Shown one piece after another: positions 21,282 to 30,368 of a stretch of DNA of 64,000 nt. Each line of letters opens with the position of its first letter. The stretch's first letter is position 1. Origin of the DNA: an uncultured cyanobacterium (GTDB taxonomy: Bacteria; Cyanobacteriota; Cyanobacteriia; Cyanobacteriales; Cyanobacteriaceae); the NCBI GenBank assembly GCA_963749915.1, contig CAVVOP010000008.1, forward strand, positions 608,001-672,000, read 5' to 3'. Below the pieces are notes generated by a model. It ran no database searches, was not told the DNA's origin, and was given only the letters and a program-made list of their open reading frames with translations. Position numbers and translations under genes: made by a program.

Positions 21282-21385
21282 CAGGAGAATCCCACACGTT
21301 TCTGAAACTGTTTTTCTGAAACCTTTTTCTGGCAAGCTTTTTCGCTCTTTTGCTGAATTGTGAAGTTTTGTGTGCGATTCTCCTG
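21282..21385. mobile_element. 104-bp MITE
   Basis: 16-bp TIR CAGGAGAATCCCACAC / GTGTGCGATTCTCCTG with one mismatch. Confidence 0.85.
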
Positions 21386-21467
21386 GTTTAGAAATATGCC
21401 AACTTAAAACTTGGTACACAATCCCAGTATAATAAAGCAGAAAAACCATCGAAAATAGAAGCCCATA

Positions 21468-23006
21468 ATGACAGGTTTAGCCTTATTAAGTGTATCCGAT
21501 AAAACAGGCATTGTAGAATTTGCTAGGACATTAGTAGAAGAATTTAATTTTCAAATCATCAGTAGCGGTGGTACAGCGAAAACTTTACAATCTGCAGGTA
21601 TTCCCGTTACTAAAGTTAGTGATTATACAGGTTCAGCGGAAATTTTAGGCGGGAGAGTTAAAACCTTACACCCTCGTATTCACGGCGGCATTTTGGCAAG
21701 GTGGGAATTAGAATCTCATCAACGAGACTTACAAAATCAGGACATTCGCCCCTTTGATTTAGTGGCAGTTAATTTATACCCTTTTGAAAAAACCATCGCC
21801 CAAGAAAATTGTACCGTTGAAGATGCGATGGAACAAATAGATATAGGTGGTCCCGCTATGGTGAGAGCTAGTGCGAAAAACTACGCTCACGTCACTATTT
21901 TAAGCAATCCTGCCCATTATGATCATTATTTGACGGAATTAAGAGAAAATAAGGGAAAAACCACCCTAGAATTTCGTCGAGCAAGGGCAGCAGAAGCCTT
22001 TGCCATGATGGCTAGTTATGATCAAGCTATTTGTCGCTATTTTGCCCAAACTAATGCCGAATCTACAGATTATTATGGCATTGGGGGGAAAAAAATTGCT
22101 ACCCTTCGTTATGGTGAAAATCCCCATCAAAAAGCTAGTTGGTATCAAATTGGTAGTGAGGCTAAAGGTTGGGTTGGGGCGACTCAATTGCAGGGTAAAG
22201 AGTTAAGCTATAACAACTTAGTTGACTTGGAGGCCGCCAGAAGAATTGTCTGCGAATTTCCTAATAATGAACCTGCGGTAGTGATAATTAAACATACTAA
22301 TCCTTGCGGTGTGGCAGTGGGGGAAACCCTATTTGAGGCGTATCAAAAGGCTTATAATGCGGATTCTGTGTCAGCTTTTGGGGGTATTGTGGCCTTAAAT
22401 CAGGCTATTGATGCATCTACAGCCCAAGCCATGAGTAAAATATTTTTAGAGTGTATTGTTGCCCCTGATATTATGGAGGAGGCCAAAGTCATTTTAGGGA
22501 AAAAATCTAATCTTCGAGTGTTATTGTTATCAGACTTAAACTCTGGTAGTCAAGATAATATTAAAGCCATCGCCGGAGGATTTTTAATTCAAGAAAATGA
22601 CATTGCCATCGAACTTCCTCAAACATGGCAAATTGTCACGGAAAAGCAACCCAGGGAAGAAGAATTGAAAGAGTTACTTTTTGCCTGGAAAATCGTTAAA
22701 CACGTTAAATCTAATGGGATCGCCATTACCAAGAACTATACTACATTAGGGATTGGTGCAGGGCAAATGAATCGAGTAGGATCCGTAAAAATAGCTCTGG
22801 AACAAGCTGGAAATGAGGCCCAGGGAGCATTTTTAGCTAGTGATGCTTTCTTCCCCTTTGACGACTCTGTACGTACCTGTGCCGAGGCTGGCATAAGTGC
22901 CATTATTCAACCCGGGGGTTCAATCCGAGACGAGGATTCCATCAAAGCCGCCAATGAATTAGGGTTAGTGATGGTATTTACTGGAGTACGTCACTTTTTA
23001 CATTAA
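21468..23006 (+). CDS. purH: Bifunctional AICAR transformylase/IMP cyclohydrolase
   Basis: ALLSVSDK, GRVKTLHP, LRYGENPHQ, FTGVRHFLH. Confidence 0.98.
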   Translation: MTGLALLSVSDKTGIVEFARTLVEEFNFQIISSGGTAKTLQSAGIPVTKVSDYTGSAEILGGRVKTLHPRIHGGILARWELESHQRDLQNQDIRPFDLVAVNLYPFEKTIAQENCTVEDAMEQIDIGGPAMVRASAKNYAHVTILSNPAHYDHYLTELRENKGKTTLEFRRARAAEAFAMMASYDQAICRYFAQTNAESTDYYGIGGKKIATLRYGENPHQKASWYQIGSEAKGWVGATQLQGKELSYNNLVDLEAARRIVCEFPNNEPAVVIIKHTNPCGVAVGETLFEAYQKAYNADSVSAFGGIVALNQAIDASTAQAMSKIFLECIVAPDIMEEAKVILGKKSNLRVLLLSDLNSGSQDNIKAIAGGFLIQENDIAIELPQTWQIVTEKQPREEELKELLFAWKIVKHVKSNGIAITKNYTTLGIGAGQMNRVGSVKIALEQAGNEAQGAFLASDAFFPFDDSVRTCAEAGISAIIQPGGSIRDEDSIKAANELGLVMVFTGVRHFLH

Positions 23007-23081
23007 TTCATCACTGAAAGCTTTACCCCATAAAGGTCTTATTCAGCAGACCTTAGTTATCACAAAATACTCGCAGTTTTA

Positions 23082-23852
23082 ATGTCCTTGCAGGAAATAA
23101 ATTATAAAATGCACACTGATAAAATTATTGTTCCTCTCGATGTTCCCGATTTAAAATCGGCGATCGCACTCATGAAACTATTGCCAGAAGTTAGTTTTTG
23201 GAAAGTCGGCTTAGAATTGTTTGTGGCTACTGGGACAGATATACTCAAGTTTTTAAAGGACGAAAATAAGCGTATTTTTCTCGATCTCAAATTTCATGAC
23301 ATCCCCAACACCGTCAAAAGTGCCACCCAGTCAGCTTTAAAACATCAAGTTGATTTATTAACTATTCACGCGATCGCCGGTAGAGAGGCCTTAACCGCCG
23401 CCAAAGAAGTAGTAAAAAATAGCGAGGAAGACCGCCCTAAATTGTTAGCCATTAGTGTTTTAACCAGCATTAACAGCCGACAATTAGCTTTGGACCTCAA
23501 AATTCCCCTAGAGTTGTCCGAATATGTCTTAAATAATGCTCTGATGGCTAAAGAGTGCGGTCTTGACGGGGCTGTATGTTCTCCCCACGAGGCACAAAAA
23601 TTAAAGGAAGTATGTGGAAAAGACTTTCTCTTAGTATGTCCAGGAGTGCGTCCATCATGGGCTTCAGCCGGAGATCAACAACGGATTATGACCCCAAAAC
23701 AAGCATTACAACAAGGCGCAGATTATCTTGTAATTGGTAGACCTATCACTCAAGCAGAAAATCCCCAAATAGCATGGGCTAAAATTGTGGAGGAAGTCGA
23801 ATCCCAATACCGCTGGGTTAGTGGCAAAAAAGTTACTGTGAAGGATAAGTAA
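23082..23852 (+). CDS. pyrF: Orotidine-5'-phosphate decarboxylase (start may be ATG 23109)
   Basis: [24 protein letters not shown]. Confidence 0.97.
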   Translation: MSLQEINYKMHTDKIIVPLDVPDLKSAIALMKLLPEVSFWKVGLELFVATGTDILKFLKDENKRIFLDLKFHDIPNTVKSATQSALKHQVDLLTIHAIAGREALTAAKEVVKNSEEDRPKLLAISVLTSINSRQLALDLKIPLELSEYVLNNALMAKECGLDGAVCSPHEAQKLKEVCGKDFLLVCPGVRPSWASAGDQQRIMTPKQALQQGADYLVIGRPITQAENPQIAWAKIVEEVESQYRWVSGKKVTVKDK

Positions 23853-23878
23853 TAAGTAATAAGTAATAAGTAATAAGT
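23845..23878. repeat. (TAATAAG)n tandem repeat overlapping the pyrF stop
   Basis: Read directly. Confidence 0.9.
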
Positions 23879-23891
23879 AGTAAAGATAACC

Positions 23892-24470
23892 ATGAAAATA
23901 GGCAATTATTGTACTAAATATTTATTATCAACATTCACTGTATTTAGCAGCTTACTTTGGTATAACTATCCAAAAATTGCCTTAGCGGACACAGTAATTG
24001 ATAATAATAAATGTCCAAGTAATTTAGAAGATTTGGCGAATTTGTTAGTTGAAGATCTTCCTGATTATGCAAACAGAGTTATTCAAAGAAATCGCATTTA
24101 TTCTCATGCTTTAGATTTTTTTCCCTTTTATGTCATCGCCGCCGGAAAAGCTGAATTAGAATCATTACCATTAAAGCAAACTCAATATCAAAGTTTGGTT
24201 AAATCCACGTCAGATGCTGATACACAACAAATTTTTCTTACCACTTTAGAAAGACAATATCCTAGCAATAATAGTATTATTGAAACTCAGAATTTTCACT
24301 GGTTAATATTAACTAGAACTCCAAAAGATTGGCAAATAGTTATGGTATTAACTATCTTAGGTTATCCCGATAATTCCGAGTTTCAAAACTTTATTTCTTC
24401 ACCCCCTCTTGATACCACTGATGGAATAATAGGACAAGCCGTCAAACTCTGGTTAAAAGACTGTTCTTGA
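23892..24470 (+). CDS. Cyanobacterial secreted hypothetical protein
   Basis: Signal-like N-terminus; DLPDYANRVIQR...GQAVKLWLKDC. Confidence 0.75.
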   Translation: MKIGNYCTKYLLSTFTVFSSLLWYNYPKIALADTVIDNNKCPSNLEDLANLLVEDLPDYANRVIQRNRIYSHALDFFPFYVIAAGKAELESLPLKQTQYQSLVKSTSDADTQQIFLTTLERQYPSNNSIIETQNFHWLILTRTPKDWQIVMVLTILGYPDNSEFQNFISSPPLDTTDGIIGQAVKLWLKDCS

Positions 24471-24562
24471 TTAAATGTGAAATGGTTAATGTTGTCAACT
24501 TAGTGTCTTAGAAAATTTTGCCGATTTTTAAGGTCAAAATCCGCCCATTGTTCGTTAAACCA

Positions 24563-26068
24563 CTATTCTATGTCGGTACTTAAACTTTGCACCATAGCCG
24601 CTACTATCGCATCGCCCCAAACATTTACAGTAGTACGACAACGATCGAGAAACCAGTCAATGATCAGAATTAGGGAAATACCTTCTACGGGGATATTAAC
24701 AGCTTTTAAAACTATCACCATGGTGACCAATCCAGCTTCAGGAATACCTGCAGCACCAATGGCGGCGAGGGTAGCAGTTAGAAAGATGACGATTAGTTGT
24801 CCGAGGGATAATTCGATACCATAGATTTGAGCGATAAAAACGGCGGCGACTGCTTCATAAAGGGCTGTTCCATCCATATTTACCGTTGCCCCCAATGGTA
24901 TGACAAAATCAGCAATTTTGGGGTTAACTTTATTGTTTTTGATGACGCATTCAAGGGTGACGGGGATTGTGGCAGAACTAGAGGCGGTGGAAAAAGCTGT
25001 TGTTAAGGCAGGTAACATTCTCCTGAAATAAATAAAAGGGGGTCGTTTTGTGATAAAGTAAAGGGTCATAGGTAAGATAATAAGTCCGTGGAAAAATAGA
25101 CCGAAAATAACTGTACCTGAATACTTCCAAAGGGAAAGGAACTCTGTGGCAAAGCCACTGAAACCTCCCGCTTCTCCTAAACGTCCAGCAATTAACCCTC
25201 CAATGCCTACAGGAGCAAAAAGAATAATTAAATCCACTATTTTTAGGATAGCAATGTTGAGAGAATCAAAAAAATTGATGAGAATAACACCTTTCTCAAA
25301 AGTGGTTAAAATAGCCCCAAAAATCAAGGAAAAAATAATCAAAGGTAAAACGTCATTATTTACCATTGCCTGAAAAAGATTACGAGGAAGTAAACTCATA
25401 ATCACTTTTTCTAATGTCTCACCAATAGAACTTTTTTCCTTCCCTGAGAGTTTTTGGGCTATGGTTAAATCAATTTTCACACCCTTTCCTTGGGATTGTG
25501 GAGTGGTGACTTCTCCTGCCTGATTTTGCCATTCTTTAATCATCATATTTTTTTGATTAAATACTTTAGTTTCTTCAATTACTCCTGTGATATTTTGATC
25601 TAATAAAAGGAGGAAATAGCAATCATCAAATTGTTTTCTAAAATTCTCATTAGAGAGAGTTAATTGATTTTTTTCAATAGAATAATCTACATTTTCTAAT
25701 AATTGTCCCCCTCTTAATAAAACTCTTTCATTGTCACTGTCGGCAATGCCGGGTTGAACGATACTAACTAAAATTAATCCTAAAATTACAGCGATTCCCG
25801 TAGTTACCATATATAAAATAATGGTTTTTAAACCCATTCCTTTTAATAGTCTTAAGTCACCCAAGCCAGTGATACTACTAATCATAGAAATCATAACTAA
25901 AGGAGTTACTAACATCAATAAACCATTAATAAATAATTCCCCCAAAAAATAAATTTGTTTCCCCCATATTGGCGAAAACCCACCGATTAAAATACCGCAC
26001 AAAATACCAATAAGAATAGGAATTAATAAAGATTGTTGCGATTTTTCAGAAGATATATTTTCATTCAT
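24563..26068 (-). CDS. Dicarboxylate/amino acid:cation symporter (DAACS)
   Basis: FSTASSSATIP, GATVNMDGT, AIGAAGIP, LDRCRTTVNVWGD. Confidence 0.93.
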   Translation of the reverse strand: MNENISSEKSQQSLLIPILIGILCGILIGGFSPIWGKQIYFLGELFINGLLMLVTPLVMISMISSITGLGDLRLLKGMGLKTIILYMVTTGIAVILGLILVSIVQPGIADSDNERVLLRGGQLLENVDYSIEKNQLTLSNENFRKQFDDCYFLLLLDQNITGVIEETKVFNQKNMMIKEWQNQAGEVTTPQSQGKGVKIDLTIAQKLSGKEKSSIGETLEKVIMSLLPRNLFQAMVNNDVLPLIIFSLIFGAILTTFEKGVILINFFDSLNIAILKIVDLIILFAPVGIGGLIAGRLGEAGGFSGFATEFLSLWKYSGTVIFGLFFHGLIILPMTLYFITKRPPFIYFRRMLPALTTAFSTASSSATIPVTLECVIKNNKVNPKIADFVIPLGATVNMDGTALYEAVAAVFIAQIYGIELSLGQLIVIFLTATLAAIGAAGIPEAGLVTMVIVLKAVNIPVEGISLILIIDWFLDRCRTTVNVWGDAIVAAMVQSLSTDIE

Positions 26069-26229
26069 AATTATTAGTAATTGATAATTAATAAGTTGTT
26101 AAATATTTAACTTACTGGCGAAAACACGGAAAGATGTAATGATTTAATTTTCCGATGATATAAGTTTAGTTTAAAATAGTTTAATAGCTAAAAAATCTTT
26201 GGAGTTCATCTGTTAATCGGATATGGGGT

Positions 26230-28509
26230 ATGAAAGGTAAAATTCAACCAAGAAAATTTAATTCTCAACAAATAACGCAAGCTTCTAGTATCAACTTAGA
26301 GGATTATTATAGTGACCGTTTACCTGTATTTGGACTCACTATTGATGATGCTACTACCGTTGATCGAGATGATGGCGTTTGGTTGATAGAATTAAATAAT
26401 GGGAGTTTTGAGCTGCAAGTAAGTATTACGGATGTATCTACGATTATCCCCAAAAATTCTCCCATTGACGAAGAAGCCTTATTGAGAGTGGCGACTTTAT
26501 ATCACACTACTCCGCCGACTCCCATGTTACCTTGTCATATTAGCACTAATTTAGGTTCATTAGAAGAGGAAAAAAGAAGATTAGCATTGACAATGTTTTT
26601 TCAAATAGACAATAGTGGAAGTGTTAATTCTTTTCGCATTAAAGAAACTATTTTTACCAGTAAAAAGGCTTTTAGTTATACACAAGTAGAAAAAATATTA
26701 AGCAATCCTCAAGATATTCCTGAACACCAGTTATTACTAAAAATGCAAAAAGTTGCCCAATTAATTGGTAAAAAAAGAGGCGGAAAATCAGGAATTTTGA
26801 CCATCGATGGTTATGTAGATGAAGATGGTAATTTAATCGAAGAAAATGTTAATACTTATCAATTAATTGCCGAATTAATGATTTTAACGAACACCACCAT
26901 TGGCAAATTTCTAGGTGAGAATAATATTCCAGCACTATATCGTACTCAAGACGTGGGCACAACAGATTTTGAGTTAGTTAAAAAAACTATGGGACATCTT
27001 TTAGTACCAGCAACTTATGCTTCTCATGTCAAGCCCCATGTGGGTTTAGGTTTAATGGCTTATACTCATTTTACCAGCCCTTTGCGCCGTTTTGTCGATT
27101 TAGTTAATCATCGTATTGTCAAGGCAATTATCAACAAACATTCATCTCCTTACACTGTAGAAGAATTAGATAATTTGTGTTTACAGATTAATGAATATCA
27201 TAAAAAATTTAAAGAAGATAAATCTAACTTCATGAGGAGAAAAAGACAAGCGGAAGTTGAGAAAAAATTTAATAATCTTGACACCTTAGAAGTCGATAAA
27301 TTATCCCTTGAGACGTTTTCCGATTTAATTGAATATGGTGTTTTAAATAATGAAATAAAAAAAATTATTCCCCATATAGAAGCTCGTATTGATAATTTAC
27401 AACCTAAAGATTTTTATTATTTATGGTTTGCCGCTAAAGTTAACCAATTCTTTGACTATGAAAACATTGATGCCGTTTCTGTTTTACTGGTAAAGTCTCA
27501 AATAGATAATTCTGTCATCGAGTATAAATCAGAACATTGTGAACTAAGAAAACTTTATTTTGTTTATTGTTATCTCGATGGAATGACAACCCTAAATCCC
27601 GCAGAAGATACGAAGAAAAGTAAAGCGAAACAAAAAGCTGCCTTAGCAACAATTCAAAGTTATTTGAATCAGGAATTAACCTCTAATCCTAATCCTATTC
27701 CCGAAGCAAATATAACCAATTCGCTATTTAATAATGAAATGGAAAATTTCCCCGATGCTGATTTTAATACACTAAGTGATAGAGATTTTTCTAAGATTTT
27801 AGACTACTGTATTAAGACTCATTTTGATGAAACAACTATCCAGGAAATAGAAGCGAGAATTAATAATTTATTACCTAAAGATTTATATAAAATTTGGTTT
27901 CAAGCCAGAATAAATAACTATTTTGATCATCCTAACTTTGACACAATTTCGGTACTTTTAATTCATTCACAATTAACAAATTGTACTTTAGAATATAAAA
28001 TCGATTATCATCCTAAGACTCAAAAATATATTGCCTATTGTTATGTAGATAATTTAACCCATCCTCAACCGCAATTTGCCGCAAAAAAAACGAAGGCAAA
28101 ACAAAAATCCTCCTTAGCTTATATTCAATCTTACCTTAATGATTGCTTAACAAATCAACCAGATTTATTTGAAGTGGAAGAAGAAGCCGTTGCCGAAGAA
28201 AATTTAACAGATATTATTAATCCCATTAATGGGGTTAACCCAGAGGAAAAAGAGGGAAATAATAAAGAAAAAACTCTCATGGATGAATCAGATTGGGTCT
28301 CAATTCTACATCATTTCTGTCAGGTGAATCAATTAAATTATCCTAGGTATAACTTTGATAATATTGATGGGTTTTTTACTTGTCAAATTAGCTTAATTTA
28401 TGATAATAAAACTATTGTTTCTAGAGGTTATGGTAAAAACAAGAAAGATGCTAAACAAAGTGCTTCTAATATTTTAATTGTTCAACACCAGTTAATAGTT
28501 AGTGATTAA
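26230..28509 (+). CDS. RNB (RNase II/R) domain exoribonuclease with three C-terminal dsRBD-like modules
   Basis: TIDDATTVDRDDG catalytic Asp cluster; YTHFTSPLRRFVDLVNHR; KKSKAKQKAA, KKTKAKQKSS and GKNKKDAKQSAS dsRBD-like signatures. Confidence 0.85.
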   Translation: MKGKIQPRKFNSQQITQASSINLEDYYSDRLPVFGLTIDDATTVDRDDGVWLIELNNGSFELQVSITDVSTIIPKNSPIDEEALLRVATLYHTTPPTPMLPCHISTNLGSLEEEKRRLALTMFFQIDNSGSVNSFRIKETIFTSKKAFSYTQVEKILSNPQDIPEHQLLLKMQKVAQLIGKKRGGKSGILTIDGYVDEDGNLIEENVNTYQLIAELMILTNTTIGKFLGENNIPALYRTQDVGTTDFELVKKTMGHLLVPATYASHVKPHVGLGLMAYTHFTSPLRRFVDLVNHRIVKAIINKHSSPYTVEELDNLCLQINEYHKKFKEDKSNFMRRKRQAEVEKKFNNLDTLEVDKLSLETFSDLIEYGVLNNEIKKIIPHIEARIDNLQPKDFYYLWFAAKVNQFFDYENIDAVSVLLVKSQIDNSVIEYKSEHCELRKLYFVYCYLDGMTTLNPAEDTKKSKAKQKAALATIQSYLNQELTSNPNPIPEANITNSLFNNEMENFPDADFNTLSDRDFSKILDYCIKTHFDETTIQEIEARINNLLPKDLYKIWFQARINNYFDHPNFDTISVLLIHSQLTNCTLEYKIDYHPKTQKYIAYCYVDNLTHPQPQFAAKKTKAKQKSSLAYIQSYLNDCLTNQPDLFEVEEEAVAEENLTDIINPINGVNPEEKEGNNKEKTLMDESDWVSILHHFCQVNQLNYPRYNFDNIDGFFTCQISLIYDNKTIVSRGYGKNKKDAKQSASNILIVQHQLIVSD

Positions 28510-28560
28510 TTAGATTACCAGAAAAAATGAAGATAATTATTATTAATTGTTAACTGGCTA

Positions 28561-28965
28561 CTACTCTTCTAAGATATTATTATTAGAAACTTCTACCGCC
28601 TTAACTTCAATCGTGCCGACAGGTGTTTCTCTGATAAATTTGCCATGTTCTACTTTTAAAGCTTCTCCACAATTTGGGCAACGGCAGTCAGCATTATTAA
28701 ACCCCGTAAAGGTATAGTTACAGACCGGACACTCATCTTCTACTAAATTTCTTTTTAGCCACCAACGAAACCCCCAAATCCCAATAATGGGGGTAACAAT
28801 TAGTAAGGCAATGAAGATTAAAAATCCATTAACCACCCACTGTAATCCTATCGAACCCAATAATAAACCAATAATTACTAATGTTAATAAACAACCTAAG
28901 CCTGAGTCACTAATATTAATGATTTTACTTTGAAAATTTGGTTTCACCCTTCTTAACTTTCCCAA
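28561..28965 (-). CDS. Membrane protein with Zn-ribbon
   Basis: Two TM segments plus CPVC...CPNC; start uncertain. Confidence 0.75.
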   Translation of the reverse strand: MGKLRRVKPNFQSKIINISDSGLGCLLTLVIIGLLLGSIGLQWVVNGFLIFIALLIVTPIIGIWGFRWWLKRNLVEDECPVCNYTFTGFNNADCRCPNCGEALKVEHGKFIRETPVGTIEVKAVEVSNNNILEE

Positions 28966-29213
28966 ATAATTTTTATGTTCACTTTAACATTTTGAATCTT
29001 CAAATGTCACAAATTCGAGATAACATTAACATTCTTTCTTTTTCCCTAACCAGTAGAACTTAGCAGTTATTTTTTCCAAAATGGAAATTTCTGTCCTCTC
29101 ACCGTTACATTGATGACAATTAGATCAAAAATAATTGTTATGATGTTGTTTGAGTATAAAATATAAATTTATCGATTACTTTTTTCGAAATACTAAGTCA
29201 ATTTTATAAAATT

Positions 29214-29393
29214 ATGGAAGCTGGTGAACCGTCTAGGAAAAAGAAAACTACTGGACAAATAACAGTAGAAATTTTTGGTACCGCTATCGCCTTAACAACT
29301 CTTGCCCTGCCAATCTTCTTAATTACTAATTTTTCTGATCAGAATGGTTCTAACTCTACACCTCCTAATCGCATTTTGATTCTGCGTCGGTAA
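29214..29393 (+). CDS. Small single-TM protein (59 aa)
   Basis: Below the track threshold. MEAGEPSRKKKTTGQITVEIFGTAIALTTLALPIFLITNFSDQNGSNSTPPNRILILRR. Confidence 0.6.
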   Translation: MEAGEPSRKKKTTGQITVEIFGTAIALTTLALPIFLITNFSDQNGSNSTPPNRILILRR

Positions 29394-29579
29394 GTGATTG
29401 GCCATAAGGAATATTTCTTATCTTGAACTACAATAAATAAGTATAAAACAAGGGCGTTATAGGCAAATTGCCTCATTTAAAACTGTTAATTGTTCATTGT
29501 TAATTATTCACTATTCACTATTCACTATCCACTATAAACTTAAGATAATTTGATGTTTTTATGAATAAAAAGGAGTCCA

Positions 29580-30119
29580 ATGGAAATAGGTAAAATTATT
29601 GATCAAGCCCTAGAAACTGGTTATCTCACTCCGATTATGGAAGCGGAAGTAGGAAAATTGTGTGAAACCTCCACTGAACTTTCTATGGAGGAATACATGG
29701 CCTTAGATAAACTTATGGGTGCGTTATTAACTGGGGAAGTGGTAGCTATGCCCCGAAAACAATTTATTAACGTGATGGAAGAATTAGTGGTTAGTGAAGT
29801 GATTTCCAGAGTAGCTGAAATTGAAAGCACCAGTAATCGATCATTAGATGTGGGGGATATTTCTGCTTATGCCTTAAACCGCTTACCCCCTCTTTATGCT
29901 ACTACGGAAGAAGGTGCTAATTTTCAGAGGGAGAAAGCCAAAAAGGAATTACAAGCCCTAATTAATGAACAGGTAGAACGATCGATCACATTATATCTCC
30001 ATCGCCCAGAATTTTATCCCGAAAGACAAGCTATTACTAAAACCTCAGAATCTCATAATGTATTTCATCAAGTAACTCAATTATTGCAGTCTCACGCTTC
30101 CAATTATGAATCAAAATAG
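29580..30119 (+). CDS. ComFB-family protein (CdgR-like cyclic-dinucleotide receptor)
   Basis: FINVMEELV..DISAYALNRLPPLYATTEEG. Confidence 0.85.
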   Translation: MEIGKIIDQALETGYLTPIMEAEVGKLCETSTELSMEEYMALDKLMGALLTGEVVAMPRKQFINVMEELVVSEVISRVAEIESTSNRSLDVGDISAYALNRLPPLYATTEEGANFQREKAKKELQALINEQVERSITLYLHRPEFYPERQAITKTSESHNVFHQVTQLLQSHASNYESK

Positions 30120-30368
30120 TGGCTGTTGCCCGGCTGAGTGAAAAAACGGTTGGTAAAATCATGTAATGTGCATAATAAGTAATAAGTAATAAGTTTTTTC
30201 TTTTCTTTAAGGCTAAAAGCTCTATAGTTATTGATTTCTAACCTTTATTTGCGGAGAAAATCTGATTTTTTTGAATTTTGAATTCTCCGTATCTAAGCTC
30301 ATTACTCAGCAACCTAACTATATTATATTCCCCACTAAAATTTCGTTCACCCCTGTTGTCCTTGTTAA

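Noticed and set aside
21386..21467. ZMP/ZTP riboswitch upstream of purH
   Set aside because: No matching structure; the upstream region is occupied by a MITE
30117..30316. Possible MITE between the ComFB gene and ctaA (GCTGAGT...ACTCAGC)
   Set aside because: The inverted match is only 7 bp and the ends cannot be defined; similar short remnants near 23040, 44273, 48030 and 50830 were also left uncalled
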